Origin: Utricularia gibba
Lineage: Eukaryota > Plantae > Magnoliophyta
Assembly: GCA_002189035.1 (NCBI GenBank)
Contig: NEEC01000018.1
Coordinates: 124,001-188,000, forward strand
Reading direction: 5' to 3'
Length of the DNA: 64,000 bases
Shown: positions 25,816 to 38,921 of the stretch, in pieces
Position numbering within the stretch: the stretch's first letter is position 1
Layout: the number at the start of each line of letters is the position of its first letter
The notes under the pieces: generated by a model
Told to the model about the DNA's origin: nothing
The model's database searches: none
What the model saw: only the letters and a program-made list of their open reading frames with translations
Program-made: the position numbers and the translations under genes

Positions 25816-28800
25816 TTTTCCTTCTAGTTGATTTTGATCAATATCCATGTGTTCACATTTCAATTCAAAATAATTTATTTACAGTCCAAATAATCAATTT
25901 GCAAAAGGATCTCAAATAGCAGTCTGTGACTAGAGAATCAGGAAGGCTCCAGCATTCAACCTGTAATGAGCATCAAGAAAATGATCGTTCGGTACAAAGC
26001 ATGAGGGAACCTTGGCCAATATTAGAGTGTGAAGAGAATGGTTGATTGGTAATTGGTATTGGGCATTGGCCTTTATGAACTCTTTAAGTTATTTACAATC
26101 GGATCAAGGTGCCATATATGATAATGGATGCTCAAAAGACATGGTTGGTGTTGAATTTGGGACTTCGTTTTTACGGGGCAAGGAGCAAAAGGATGCCCCA
26201 GTCGGGTACCCAGGCCCAGCATTGGTCGCTTTAATGTTTATGGTAGGTTTTTCAGAGCAACAATCGGTTAGGAAGATGGGAAGGAGAACATCAATTATAA
26301 GATTTTGGCGTAGGAACTCATCAAAATACCTTTTTGGATCTTTTTTTTATCATTTTTTACTTCATTGGTTTTCACCATATTTCTTCATCTTCTATACTCG
26401 GCCCTTCTTTGTTCCAATGTGCCTATTCAAACACCTCTTATTCAGTTCTTTCAAATAATATTTCTTAACAATTCCTTGTTCAACAAGAGAGGAGATTTTT
26501 TTCCAATCTTTCTGTTATGACTCATACTACTTTTACATGATATTATCTACTTCAGATAACAAACTCTCATGATTTCATGTTTGGATTATTAGATTCTTAG
26601 ATAATTACCCATCCTGAAATTATTGCAGAACAATCATGTTTTATTTTGAAGTTCCCATCAAAAAAGCTCTATCATGTTTAGAAATAGTTTTATACCAAGT
26701 TTATGTGATCATTGTACAAAATTTATTCTTCTTTTTCATTTGTAAATAATATGGGATTTTATTATACTAAATAATAATAACATCTTTTATTGGATAGCAT
26801 TTTATACTTTTTCAAAAATACCTCTGGGCATTTTTTAATGTAGGAACACTTTTAATGCCTGTTTGTTCTTTTCAGAAAATAAATCTGTCATACACTAGCG
26901 TAAAATGTTAGTTCTTCTCTGACTAATGTCCAGTTGCCAGATATTTCGATTATACTTAAGCAATTTCTACTGGTGTGAAATGAAATTGTATGCACACACG
27001 TTTCCTTACTATTACTATATTCAAGTACCGTTTTTTAAGTGTATCTCAATTACTATCCCTTAGTTATATCCAACCATATCTGCATTGTGTGAACTGTAGT
27101 ATACTTGTTTTTTTGTATGGGAATTCTTCTGTCTTGCAATTGCCCTTGTGTACTAGCTCTTTAATACCCCAAGACGTGTGCATTAGAAAAGTGAACATCC
27201 TTGATTAAATGTGTGACGAAGTGGCAACTCTTAATAAAATTTTTTTTTATCAAGTATGTGTGAGAGAGATAAGGAGAATACACATATTTCGAAATGTCTC
27301 TTTAGGACTCATTTGGCATCTCAGTTTGCATATAGTCTAGGTTTGGTTTATTTGGTATTTAAATAAGAGTTGTAGGTTTAAACTGCAAAACGTCTTTGAG
27401 ATTAAAATTATTTCGGTTCATTTTTATCTTCAGTTTGGTATAAGGGTTTTCAAAGAAAGGATTCGATCTTTTTATATATTAAAGTACAACTTACCTTCAA
27501 ATCCCCCAACTTTTTTTATATATATATTTTTGCATTTCTTCTAAATGGCAATGGGTTTGCCGACAAATCTCAATTTGTCAAATACAGGATTTCTTGTTCC
27601 AACTAAATCCTATAACAATAATTAAGATTGTCCACACATGCCATTCAGCACCCCCATCATGTCCCCAATGCTAATATCACGAGTGCAAAGTACCTAATGC
27701 TATTTATCTTACAAAACATCAAATCTAAAAGTCATAGTGAAAATTTAAAAAGATTAAAACATAAAAATCATAAAGAAGTTCGGGTAGATTTATATCATCT
27801 CGAATTAATACCACTTTAGAGCTTTAAGGCCAAAGGTTAAATAGACATATTCACTTGAAACTTTTGAAATATCCATGCTCTAACTTTGGTGAATTTAGAG
27901 TTGATGTTACTTCTACCATGCTATATTGTTACTCTTAATTTCATATCTTGCTGTTGAGTTGATGTTACTTTTACCTAAGAATTGTTATCAAAATTGGTAT
28001 TTTGAAATATATAAACTTATGATACAATAAATACCAACTTATTGAGTTTGATTCTGAAATCACTATACAATAATTTTTTTGTTGTAATTTATCAAACATC
28101 ATAATTTCTTGTCATACAAAATCATGTAAAAATAATTTGAAACAGCCACACTATATCACATCAGCATTACAATCACATTAGTGGTGCCAGTAAAGTCTTT
28201 ACATCATAAAAAAAAAACTAGAAATTCAACGAAGAAGCACAACATTGGCGCTCATGGCACTCACATGTCCATTTTTTGTTTTAAAAAAAATAGAAGAAAA
28301 AAAATAGAAGGATGATAAGGTTTAGTGCAATCCACATAATTCCAATATTTTTCTTATTTTTTTCGTGGTGTCGATTAATCATAATTTGCAAAAAAAATTA
28401 AACGATTTCTTATCTCAACGAAATCATCTAGAAATAATTTAAAACAGCCCCTAATTAAAAAGATAGGTATACTAAGAAAATTAAGAAAATTAATTGCTCA
28501 TATATCTTTAAAAAAAGGCTGAAGAAAAAGTAAGGATCGCCAGATTAGAATTGATTGTGACTCTCTAACCTTTACATTATTTAAGTATTACAAAAATATA
28601 ATTTGCACTTCTTAAAAATTTTAAAATCTAATTTTTAACATATTCCTATACACGAAATAATTATTACAAAATATATAATAAAAAAGATAACATTTTGTTA
28701 AAACAAGCATCCTAAATTTGCTAATAAATTTTCCAAAAAACCTAAAGGTATAATTTTAATAAAATTAAAGAATCAACATTTAAATATTGAGATTATATTT

Positions 28801-29264
28801 GAGAAAGTACTTCTCTCACAAGAAAATCGATCCTTGATTTAAGAATCGCTTCTACTTTTCAAATATATGCGTAAGTATATCTTATCGCTGATAATTTTTT
28901 AGAATCATTCCAATTTTTTCAAAAGCTTTGGAGGATATGTTAGGTTATAATTGATTTTTGAGAATTAATTTTTATATACAAATTTACAATTATATTCATA
29001 TTTTTGATAAATAAATTTATAGATTTATAAAATATGAATAAATGTATCAATTATTTATAAAAACCAATTTTCATTTTACATGAATCCATTATTCACTGTT
29101 CATTTTGAAAAATATTTCTAATTACATATTGATTCTCATTGTATCTACATATTCAATTATATTAGAACTCAATTCTAAATACTCAACATAATATGGGTGC
29201 TATGCCAAAGCTCCATGACGTCACATATTTAGCTATAGATGACCACAGTTATGGCGTAGCATAA

Positions 29265-30104
29265 GAGTAAATGAGGCAAATACCTCACCTTTTTTAATTC
29301 ATTTGTGATTTACCCTACTTTTGTCAGTATTTTGTAAATTACCACAAAAATTAGTTATTCTTTGCATTTTACTTTAACTTTACGATTTTCGTATTATTAT
29401 ATTCTTAATAAAATCGTTGACTGCACGCTTATTCCCATTTCAGATTTTTTTACTAGACTTTGAACAAATGGTTCTCATTTATTTTTAAGATGTCCACAAT
29501 CAAAAGATAAATTAAATATTTTATTTATTTTATTTTTATTTATATAACAAGTAGTTTTGATTTTATATTGAACATAAAATAAAACTAAAATTCAATTATG
29601 CATGCTTTTTGATTCAATGTTTACTTAAGTACATTTTATTAAATTGATTTTTTAATTTTTTTTTAAATTTAAAATATATTTAATTTTAATGTAAATAAAA
29701 GATATCTTTGAAATAAAATATTCATTTATCTTATATAATAATTTTTATTGATATACAACATATATTAACAATAAAATTTGTGATATAGTCTATTTTTGAT
29801 ATTCCATCTTATAGTATGTTTCATATTTTTCATGAAATCTATTTTATTTTTTATCATTAATATAATATGAAAAAAATTGACAAAATAATGTATCAGATTT
29901 TATTATTTTGATGATTATATTTTGAATTTTCAAAAAGGAAAATAAATACACTATTTGATAAAATCATAAAGTTATTTTCTTTATTTTTGAAAAAAGGTAA
30001 AGTGCAAATAAATCTGATTAGTAAGGTAAAATGCAAAGAAACTCTGTTAGTAGGGTAAAATACAAATTACAGACGTCTGACAGCGGTAAAATGTCGACGG
30101 AGCC
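29265..30104 (+). mobile_element. Non-autonomous Mutator-like element with dissimilar ends (copy 2)
   Basis: Direct repeat TAGCATAA at 29257-29264 and 30105-30112. Left end GAGTAAATGAGGCAAATACC, right end GTCGACGGAGCC. TTTTACCCT-type subterminal motifs in opposite orientation in the two arms; AT-rich non-coding core. Confidence 0.8.
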
Positions 30105-30467
30105 TAGCATAATCTAATACATGAAATTCAGTGCTAAACTTATTTAACCTATGGATTAACTAGTTAAGGCATAGCTAAACAAACAAAAAAGTTACAATGA
30201 AGGGTTCTGAATTATTCACATTAATAAATTGATGGATTTAGCAGGAGCATGTAAAAATTAAATACATAATAAACATAAATTATATTATAAAATAATAGAT
30301 TTAATCGATTATTATTAATTTATAATTTTTATATGTTATAATTATTTTAATTTCAAATTTCAATGTGATATTGGTTGTTGTAATAGGAATGAGAAAATGT
30401 TAGTAATATGTTAGTGTGTGATTTGAGTGATATAAACCATAAAATCCGGGAATGAATTGTGTAGAGA

Positions 30468-31161
30468 GGCCTCCCTCGACGTTTTACCTTTGTCAGATTC
30501 ATTATATTTGCATTTTACCCTACTTTCAACTTTTCTTTGAAAATTATCTTATGTTCGTGAACCATTTGTAAAATACCTTAGATTAAGATTTAATTTATAA
30601 ATTAAATCATAAAAAATATAAATACACAAAACTTAATCTTTATTCAACTCATAATACTAAATCTGAAATTTAAAAATTTCATAATCTAAACCCAAAAATT
30701 TAAACTTAAAATCTAAAACTTAAATTTGAAATCTTAAACCCTTAAATCTTAAATCACAAAACTAAATATCAAGTTCTAAAATTTAAAACTTCAACTCTAA
30801 AATTTAAATCTGAAACCAAAAAAATTAAATCTCAATTAAAATCTTAAACCTTAAATCAGTAATCTTAAAAAATTGTGAAATCTTAAACCCTAAACTCTAA
30901 ATCAATAATCATAAAAATTAATGATAAAATTATGAAAACTTAATATATAATATTCCTAAGTTATAAATACTAAATATTAAACTTTAAAATTGAACCCCTA
31001 AATTATAAATCCAAAAAAACATCCAAAAACGAAAAAAAGCATAAAGTAGGGTAAAACGCAAAGAACAACTTATTTTTTTGGTAATTTACAAATCTTTGCT
31101 ATAACTAAGGTAAATGGCAAATAAAATAAAAAAATTCAGGGTTTAGGGTTTAGGGTTGGTA
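30468..31161 (-). mobile_element. Non-autonomous Mutator-like element (copy 3, inverted) ending in telomere-like repeats
   Basis: 10-bp direct repeat TGTGTAGAGA at 30458-30467 and 31162-31171. Left end GGCCTCCCTCGACGTTTTACC matches the reverse complement of the copy-2 right end; 31030-31130 matches the reverse complement of the copy-2 left arm. Confidence 0.7.
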
Positions 31162-31342
31162 TGTGTAGAGAAGAGGAAGGGAAGCAGCAGAAGATGTCCG
31201 GGACAGCGCATTTATGATGAGAAAAGGAAAGAATAGCAGGAGCATTAATTAATAAACAATGTTTTCAGGGACTAAATCAATAAATGGTGGAGTCGAGAAT
31301 AAACAAGGAGGGTGGGAGGGCATCACACTTCACACACTTCAG

Positions 31343-31432
31343 AGAGAGAGAGAGAGAGAGGAAGAGAGAGAGAGAGAGAGGGAGAGGTCCCATCCCAATC
31401 CCAATCCCAATCCCAATCCCAATCCCGATCCC
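31343..31432. repeat. Compound microsatellite: (GA)n followed by (CCCAAT)n
   Basis: Read directly: interrupted (GA)n from about 31343 to 31387, then eight CCC tracts between 31389 and 31432. Confidence 0.95.
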
Positions 31433-31559
31433 ATGATGGGGAAGCAATGCGCGACAATGTCAGTTCAGTGTGACAAGGGAAGATGCTTCCCTTCCCGCTG
31501 CTGGCTGCTGGCTGCTGGCTGCTGCGCCTCTACAAATGTGAATGAAATGCGAGACAAAT

Positions 31560-31794
31560 GGAATGGGGAGGGGGTGTTGAAGTTGAATTTGGGCCCACGG
31601 AATGACCCGACCCATCAATTCCATTCCAGAATTCACTTATGGCCTGGCTAATCCCACTGGCCTTCTCCTGAGCTTAACACGGCCCGCCCCGCCCCGGCCC
31701 ATTCCCTCGATACGAAACTCCCGCTCCAGCATCCATTCACCGCTCCCGCTTCGGCATGCTTTTCCAAATGGGAGGCCGGCTGTGCAGACTGCAG
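31560..31794 (+). promoter_or_regulatory. Probable GC-rich core promoter/5' UTR of MTOPVIB
   Basis: GGCCCA-type site-II-like motifs (about 31591 and 31697) and a GC-rich tract directly upstream of exon 1. Inferred from position and motif type. Confidence 0.45.
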
Positions 31795-34373
31795 ATGGAA
31801 GTGAATTCCGTGGATAAGCTCTGTGAATTTGTGAGTAATCGGAATTTTTTTTTAATTCTCCATCCGGTAAGAGTTTCATTGTCTTGGGTTTCCTTTTTCT
31901 CCAACAGTTGATTTCTTGTGCCTTTCGGAGATGTGTCGTGCTGGGCCAACTCTGCCGCTTGTCAGTTTCTCTGGCGCCTATTTCGGCTTCCATTATCAAA
32001 ATATCAGGTGTGGAGCTTATTCTTGTGAGTACCACCAACTTCTTGTTGAACTTGATCAGTTGTAGCGTTTATCGATGCGGGTAATGCGGAGGAAACGTAG
32101 CGATCATCGAATGTTATGCATCTATGAAGCTATTGAACATGGAGTATTTTTAAAAGCCGTAGTTTCAATTTTGTTTTTCAGTTTCTGATACTGGAGACGG
32201 GACGAATCTAGAGGAGTTTCAGGATATGATATTCCAAAAGGATCTGGTGCTGGGTGGTCAATGGGGTTAGCAAAAGCGTTGTTACCTTGATGGTGTTTCA
32301 TGCTAAAGAGAAGTCACTTTTTTTCACTTCTGATTGCAGATGGTGTTCTTCACATCACCACTACGAGTAAGTTCTGTACAAAATAGTTCTTCAATACAAG
32401 AACACTTACAGTATCTTCTTGTTCAGTGATTTTGGCTTGAAGATAATGTTTTTGGTTTTTTGTTTTTTATGAAAAGTGCTCAGATTAAGTTTGATCGAGC
32501 ACTACAACTATGTGACCTTGATTTCCCTTGCAAAAAGTCATTTGGATTCGCTGTTATTGTAGGATTTTCTGATAAAGATATACATCGCCTGAAGTATGAC
32601 TTCAGGCAACCTATTTCATCAAGGACATCGAGGATATCCTCAGTAGCAAAGAATGGTTCAAACTTCAGGCAAAGACTCTGTTGCTCCTTGTGTGGAATCA
32701 TGGAGCATAATCCTGAATTAACCATGTTACTTCTTTTTCAGCGGAACTGAACAAGTTTTCTCTGCATATGGAAGCATTGTTCACCAGGAAAATGCCATAT
32801 CAACCTATTTGCGAAAGGTTGCATTTTTCAGTTCTCCATGAAAATTTTTCAGTAATATTCCATGCTGTTACACTCAGCACTTGTGTATGTTTCTCATTTT
32901 CTCCAGATTCTCGTTTTGAATGCCCCTGTAAGTCCCCGAGTCCATTTGGATGTCCTACTTCGTCATGATATATCCGACCTTGGCGTGGTTGCCATATGTT
33001 TCATCCTAACCTACTGACTGATCTTGTGAACTACTCCAGAAAATTGCTGTGGATCTGAAAGTTGGAAATGCTCCTTGCTGTATCCTGCAAAACGCATCCA
33101 TGAGGTCTCCACCAAATACAATAAATATTCAACATCTGAAGTTGGGACTCGAAAGCTATGTCTCCAGGCATGGGAATACAAGGGCTGAAGCTTGCAGATC
33201 TTGCTTCCCAACTGGGTCTACAGAATCTTCATTTCACAATCCATTTTCTCCACCTTATTAGTGACATATCTTGTTAGCTTGATTCTAAGTCTTACCAATT
33301 GTCTAGGGAGAATTTCAAAGTTGGCACTGGTACGGTCTGTAGGAAAGGAAAACTAGGGCAAGGCGATAATGTCATGGAAGTAGTTATCATTCTCAGTGAA
33401 ATTTCAAACGCAAGCCACTCAACCTGCTCGTGGACTTATGACGGAAGATCAGAGGTGTGTTTTTGGTGGTCAAGTTACTTAAATCTTTGCAAGATTTGCA
33501 GGAATCCTTCTCTCACATTGAAACTTTGTAACTGTATGTTTGCCGCGTGGGGCATAGGTCTTGTACTTCAGCGATTTCTCCCCATGCTCTTTACCACAAG
33601 CTTGTCTGTATGCATTCTCAAATATCCAGTGGAAGAATTATGGTCTAGTGCTGAAGGGTATTTCAGAAAATGATGGGACAGCACTTTTAGAATGGGAAAA
33701 CCTACCATGTGGTGCTCGGATGGACATAGCACTCCATGAATATCATGAACAGTATCCTAAGATTTTCTAGGAGACATCTCTATGGTATGGTTCTCTAGAT
33801 GCGATGAATCCTCCGTAGATCTGGAGTTTTTGCGTGCATTCCCTTAAAGTTACCCCAAGGTTGAAGACACTGCCTCCTCCAAGACACAATGCCTATAGAT
33901 CTCTTACTGCAAAAGCTATCAAATTAGGACTGAAAGAGCTCAAGGCGAACAATGGAGTTCTACTCAGTCAACGCGCACTCAAGGTAGCTTCAAAACCCAA
34001 TAACTAAATTCCAGAGTACATTATATGTGTGTTGCTGATACTCATATTACTTTTGAATCCAAAACGTGTGGTGCAGGTTCAGAGCTACGCACCAGATCTT
34101 GCTGCGACGATATCAAGCCTGATATTTTCATCAAACAATGTGAATTTCCAAGAAGAATGCTGCTCTCTTCTGGGACTAGACTGGGGAGAAAAGAACAAAA
34201 CCAGCACCGAAAAGTGTATCAAGGATCGCATACTTTCCGTCATTGCTGCAAACGACATCAGCCCAAAGGCGAATCATGCAGCGCCATCCCTATTCGAGGA
34301 CGGCTCATGCAGCATTCGACCCTCCGCCTCCCAGGATGAACGACCTGAAGAATCATTTGGCAATGACTGGTGA
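31795..34373 (+). CDS. MTOPVIB: Meiotic topoisomerase VI subunit B-like (MTOPVIB/TopoVIBL), 12 exons, 462 aa
   Basis: Exons 31795-31830, 31908-32007, 32182-32265, 32340-32366, 32563-32668, 32742-32817, 32907-32927, 33040-33215, 33307-33454, 33558-33751, 33860-33983, 34077-34373 total 1389 nt and form one open frame. Motifs LISCAFRRC..LCRLSV, SDTGDG.NLEEFQD, WDGVL, KNGSNFSGTE, LKLGLESYV.RH, KVGTGTVC, MEVVII.SE, WKNYGL, LEWENLP, SYAPDLA..I..LI.SS match recalled Arabidopsis At1g60460. The exon 11 acceptor is the least certain boundary. Confidence 0.93.
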
Positions 34374-35746
34374 GTATGACATGAAAATCTTTTTTTTCCA
34401 GAGTAGTGTTACAGGGTAGCTTCTAAATGCCAAGGCAGAAACATGGGAAAGGAACAAGGAAAGGGCTGCTTTTTCCAGTCATATTTACCGTGATTTCAAC
34501 ATTTCTTTTTTGCGATATTTGCAATTTTTTTAGTTTTTATTATAGGATGATTATTGTAATCGAGTCTATAACAAAGTTTGGATAATAAAATGTATTCAAT
34601 GTTTCATTATTTTATCCAACTATTTTGATTATAAATGAAACATACAAAAAGTGTGATCATTTACACAAGGACTTGTTATGAAAAACACAATGTGAGAGTT
34701 ATTATTATACGATGTGAATGATATTCGTAATTAGCTATAGTGTATTTTTTGAAGATGGGGTTAAGAATTTGATTCCTTTTTATTCCAAAACATTAAAATT
34801 AATTTCAAAAAAACTACTAAAGAATTAAAAAAATAATTCTTTTATTCATCAAATTAGCATATGATAATATTGATAATTTAGATGCATTATACTTTCGATC
34901 TAATTTTACTCAAATTGAATATGATATATGAATTTTTAATTTTTTGAATTTGTGAATTGGTTTTGGGTTCGACATATGACAATGTGTTTGTTGATCCAGT
35001 TCAATGAATGTATTCATAAGATTACTAAACTAGGAATTATTACATAAACGTAATATTCCATGATTATCATATTACTAAAATGTCCACATACCGCTGAATC
35101 ACTACCTATGTTTTAGTGATTAGCAGCAAACAATTGTGTAGCTTTAGAATAATGTTGGATAAATGATCATGCGGAGTGACTTCTTCAACCCAATAAGAAT
35201 CTAGACAAGCCACCCAAGTGCAGGTGCAGGAAGAATCATGTCATCTTAACAAATGTGGCATGTGTGTTATTATTTTTGAAACAAATATACCTCACCATTT
35301 GCCCTGGAAACGCAGCACATACACACACACACACAGATATAAGGTCATGCAATGCCGAAATCGCAAGTGTACATGTGTATTAGGTTTTGTTCTGGGTAAT
35401 GAAGCAAAATCACATCACCAAGATATTATCAGATTCCAACACCCGTAACAATATTGTAGCATAAACGATTATTGTATTTGGATGATGACGACCCTATTTG
35501 TATGCAAAGTCATTTTATCCACGAGCTTCTCATATGTATGAACTGAAGGACATGAGATGGGAAATGCTACCGCTACTCCAAAGCTGCAGCTTTCCACAAA
35601 TAAGCAATGACTCAGCTTGTTCCAACCTGAATTCCAGGCAGCACCTTGGAGGTTGTAGATGAAAAGAAAAGAAAAGAAGATCATGGTATCGTTGGTGCAT
35701 GCCAAGTGAGAAGCCGCATTTATACACCAACGCTACTATGGGACCA

Positions 35747-36529
35747 TCACTTGAATTCATTGCAGCCTCCATGTACGAAACACTGTCCTTTGTTCTGCAC
35801 AGCATTCTCATTGATTTGTGTCATGTCCAATAAGTGGATTGCTCTTGCTGCTTCGGATTCGGAGTCGAATCTCTGAAGAGGAAGATAAGGTTGCGTCACT
35901 GTGACCATCCCGTTGTGGTACATCAGTGGCGGCTGCTGCAGGAGTTCACTTGGATGATTCCAATCTCCTTCAATGGAAGCTGATATTTGCTCTCCAATGC
36001 TGCTTCTAGGAGGATGTGAAAGACACAAATCTGAAGAATCCCACTTCAGGAAAGAATTGTGAGAAGCATTCATTTGATTGCTGTTGCTGTTGTGAGATGA
36101 AGGGACGTTTTGTCTAAGACCAAAACGACTCTCAGAAACACAAGGCCAACAGCCATCATTTGATTCACTGACTTTCAACCCTTGTTTATCAGATTGAGCA
36201 CTTAGCATGGCAATCAAGCTCTGACTCATGAAACTTCCTGGGGGAATCTGCAACGGCGGCAACTCATCAATATCTTTCTTTGCAGCGTTCATTAACCAAT
36301 CCACCACTTTGCTAGGCTGGCTAAGCCCTAGCCGGTCTTGAAGATCGTATATCTGAATCGCAGTCGGAACTGACAATCTAACCCTCCGATCCCTCAAACC
36401 CTTAACCGTACATACCTTGCTGTGCCTATCTTTCCTCCCAAAAGCTCTGGAGGCACCAACAATTCGAGGATCTTTCATCTTTGAGGAAGACCAGGATGAT
36501 GTTTTGGGGTTTTCACTTTGACTTTTCAT
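35747..36529 (-). CDS. Class II CIN-type TCP transcription factor (TCP5/13/17 clade), single coding exon, 260 aa
   Basis: [75 protein letters not shown] is a TCP domain with the KDPRIV..SRAFG prefix of the TCP5/13/17 group. Confidence 0.93.
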   Translation of the reverse strand: MKSQSENPKTSSWSSSKMKDPRIVGASRAFGRKDRHSKVCTVKGLRDRRVRLSVPTAIQIYDLQDRLGLSQPSKVVDWLMNAAKKDIDELPPLQIPPGSFMSQSLIAMLSAQSDKQGLKVSESNDGCWPCVSESRFGLRQNVPSSHNSNSNQMNASHNSFLKWDSSDLCLSHPPRSSIGEQISASIEGDWNHPSELLQQPPLMYHNGMVTVTQPYLPLQRFDSESEAARAIHLLDMTQINENAVQNKGQCFVHGGCNEFK

Positions 36530-38921
36530 ATCTTGTCTTTCAGATCATATTGCTACTTGCTAGCATTCAAATTCTATGGTGATGATAAAAAGAAAGAAAG
36601 CAAAGGACTTGAGAGGAGGAAAAAGGTGTTGCACTAACCGATGCAAAAGTTGTAGTTACTCCCTCTGAACCATGAGGCTTTCTTGAACCAGGCCTTCGTT
36701 GAGAAGCAGATTCATTTGACAGTGGAAGCAGACAGAAGGGATTCACCTCAACAAGGGAAACACATAATAAAAGCAATGCGAAAAAGAAAAAATAATATTA
36801 AAATGCAGACACAAATAATAACTTCAGCACGATTTAGCCCTTGTCTAAGCTGCATTCCTTCTTCATGAGAAAATAGGGATTCGAGTTGGAATCCCAATAA
36901 TTGTGGAATGATTTCAGGCTTAAGTATGCTAGAACAAACATTTACCCATGCGATTTGTGAACATAAAGAAGAAAATCGAATCTGCAAAAATATTTAATGG
37001 GACATTGCTTCCCTAGAAATGGCCAATGAGTCTCAAAATTATCATATTTTGGTAACTATTTTACGATGTGAACTGTGTGTACTGCAAACACTTTCTTCTG
37101 GTGTAACAGCAAGAAGTAAATGATAAATTCGTAAATTCTGTGATGCAGTGAGTAGGCGCCTGCCTGCGTTAACGAGAGTATCATCGTCATCTATCAGCTT
37201 CTTGGTAGGATAAAAGTAAGATGTGAATGCCACTGGTTCGTTTGTGCCCTTTAGGATAAAAGAAAAAAGAAGAGAGAGCTGATAATGCTTCAACATTCAC
37301 AAGAAGATAAACTGAAGATATTCATTTTTTTCATCCCATGGAGCCCTAGCGACTCCCTATTAGAGTACAAGATTTGTACGCTCGCATCATATCATCATAT
37401 GATCCGGAGATTTGGTTTAGTGCAGCATTTGGGCTCTAGATGGATATTATTTCAGGGGCGTGAAAGAACGCCAACGATTCCGTATTGTTGTTGGTTTTTC
37501 ACTCTAATCATTTCAATATGACTTTAAATAATTACAGTAGGGAAATCAAAAGGGAGTTGGATGGATAGACAGACATAGAATTAACCGGGACAAAGCCAGT
37601 AATGTTGCAATAATCATTTTTTGTCTGAAGGTGAGGGACCAATTTTTTTAGTTGAATTCCAGCTTTCAAATCCCAGTGGGGGGGGGGGGGGACTCAGGAC
37701 CACGCGATTTTGCAGACCTTTAACGACGTGTGGTGGTGATCGATTGATTGGTTTACTTTTCCTGCCCAACATAAAATAAAATAAGCTTATTCATCCTGTT
37801 TCGATTTCATTATTATTATTATTTTTACAACACAGCACCCAGGATGATCCTGATCCCTTTTCAACTCAAATTCAAAGCCTAGTTTATTTATTTACAATCA
37901 TGAGAGCCCTTAGGAAGCACCCAATAATAGGTGATAATAAAATTAGTGGATTTTCGGTTAAGTGTGTGTTATGGTGAACCTGAAGATCAAGAAAGAGAAG
38001 AGAAGCAGCAGATGCAGGCCACCGGAGTTGGAGTCGGTGCATTGATGATGAGATAATCGTTGGCGCATACCAAAACCAATAGAAGAGGTGGCTTTTGAGC
38101 AGCGATACATCGCTATCCGCAGCCGACTTTTTGCAAGCCGCCGGCCCACCGCCGCATTCCGTGAACGCATATGGATATTTATCACAGTGCCAGTGCCACT
38201 CCCAAAAGCAAAAGCCTGCCTTAACCATAAACACACCCACAGATGGATGCCGCATGCCCCCGACTAATGCCACGCTTCCTTCACCTTGAAATTAAAACTT
38301 CATTTTCACTTTCATCTTCAACACGGGAATTTGGTTTTCTTCATCACATACAATAATTTATCCGGAAATTTCAATAAAAAAATGGTTTTGAGGTCCTCTC
38401 ATTCTCTATTATCTCAACATTTGCGGTTAGCATCATGGAGCCCCCTGAAATTAGTAATGTGATGCTGCAGATTTTAGGTTGACGCGCATTTTGATTCCTT
38501 AGCAGGAGAAGATGAAGCACTTCTGGAAGAGTTTTCAATCCCAATGAATTTGCTCTCAGAGGATTGATTATTTTCCCACTCCTTATATGACCGAAGAAAC
38601 CCTAATCTCTTTCGGAATTTCCAGAGAGGAAACCACCTCTATATCCGGTAGCCGTAAGAAACCTCCCAGCCATCATAGCATTAGAAGATGATTGATGGTT
38701 GCACCATCGGCTCCATTTCCACATCAACGAAGATTTGACCATTCTAGTCAAGATTGTTGGTGTGGATGAGGAACTTATGAACAAAATTTTGATCATTTTA
38801 GGCAAGACGAATATGTGGTGGAATGAGTCCTCCCCACCCATCCAAAATATTGAAATTACAATGATTGTCAACTTCTTAACCTTTCTAAAATGAAGGGAAA
38901 TTTAGGAAAACAAAATAACAC

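Noticed and set aside
26042-26458. 138-aa ORF
   Set aside because: Non-ATG start and no domain; possibly the antisense of a decayed LINE, but not supportable.
31259-31651. 130-aa ORF with RERERE/PNPNPN
   Set aside because: Translation of microsatellites in promoter DNA.
32460-33300. NB-LRR or PPR-like minus-strand frames (e.g. FPCLET) and ORF 32480-32725
   Set aside because: Multiple stops; the plus strand is fully explained by MTOPVIB exons.
35747-36529. miR319 target site in the TCP gene
   Set aside because: None seen, consistent with the TCP5/13/17 clade.
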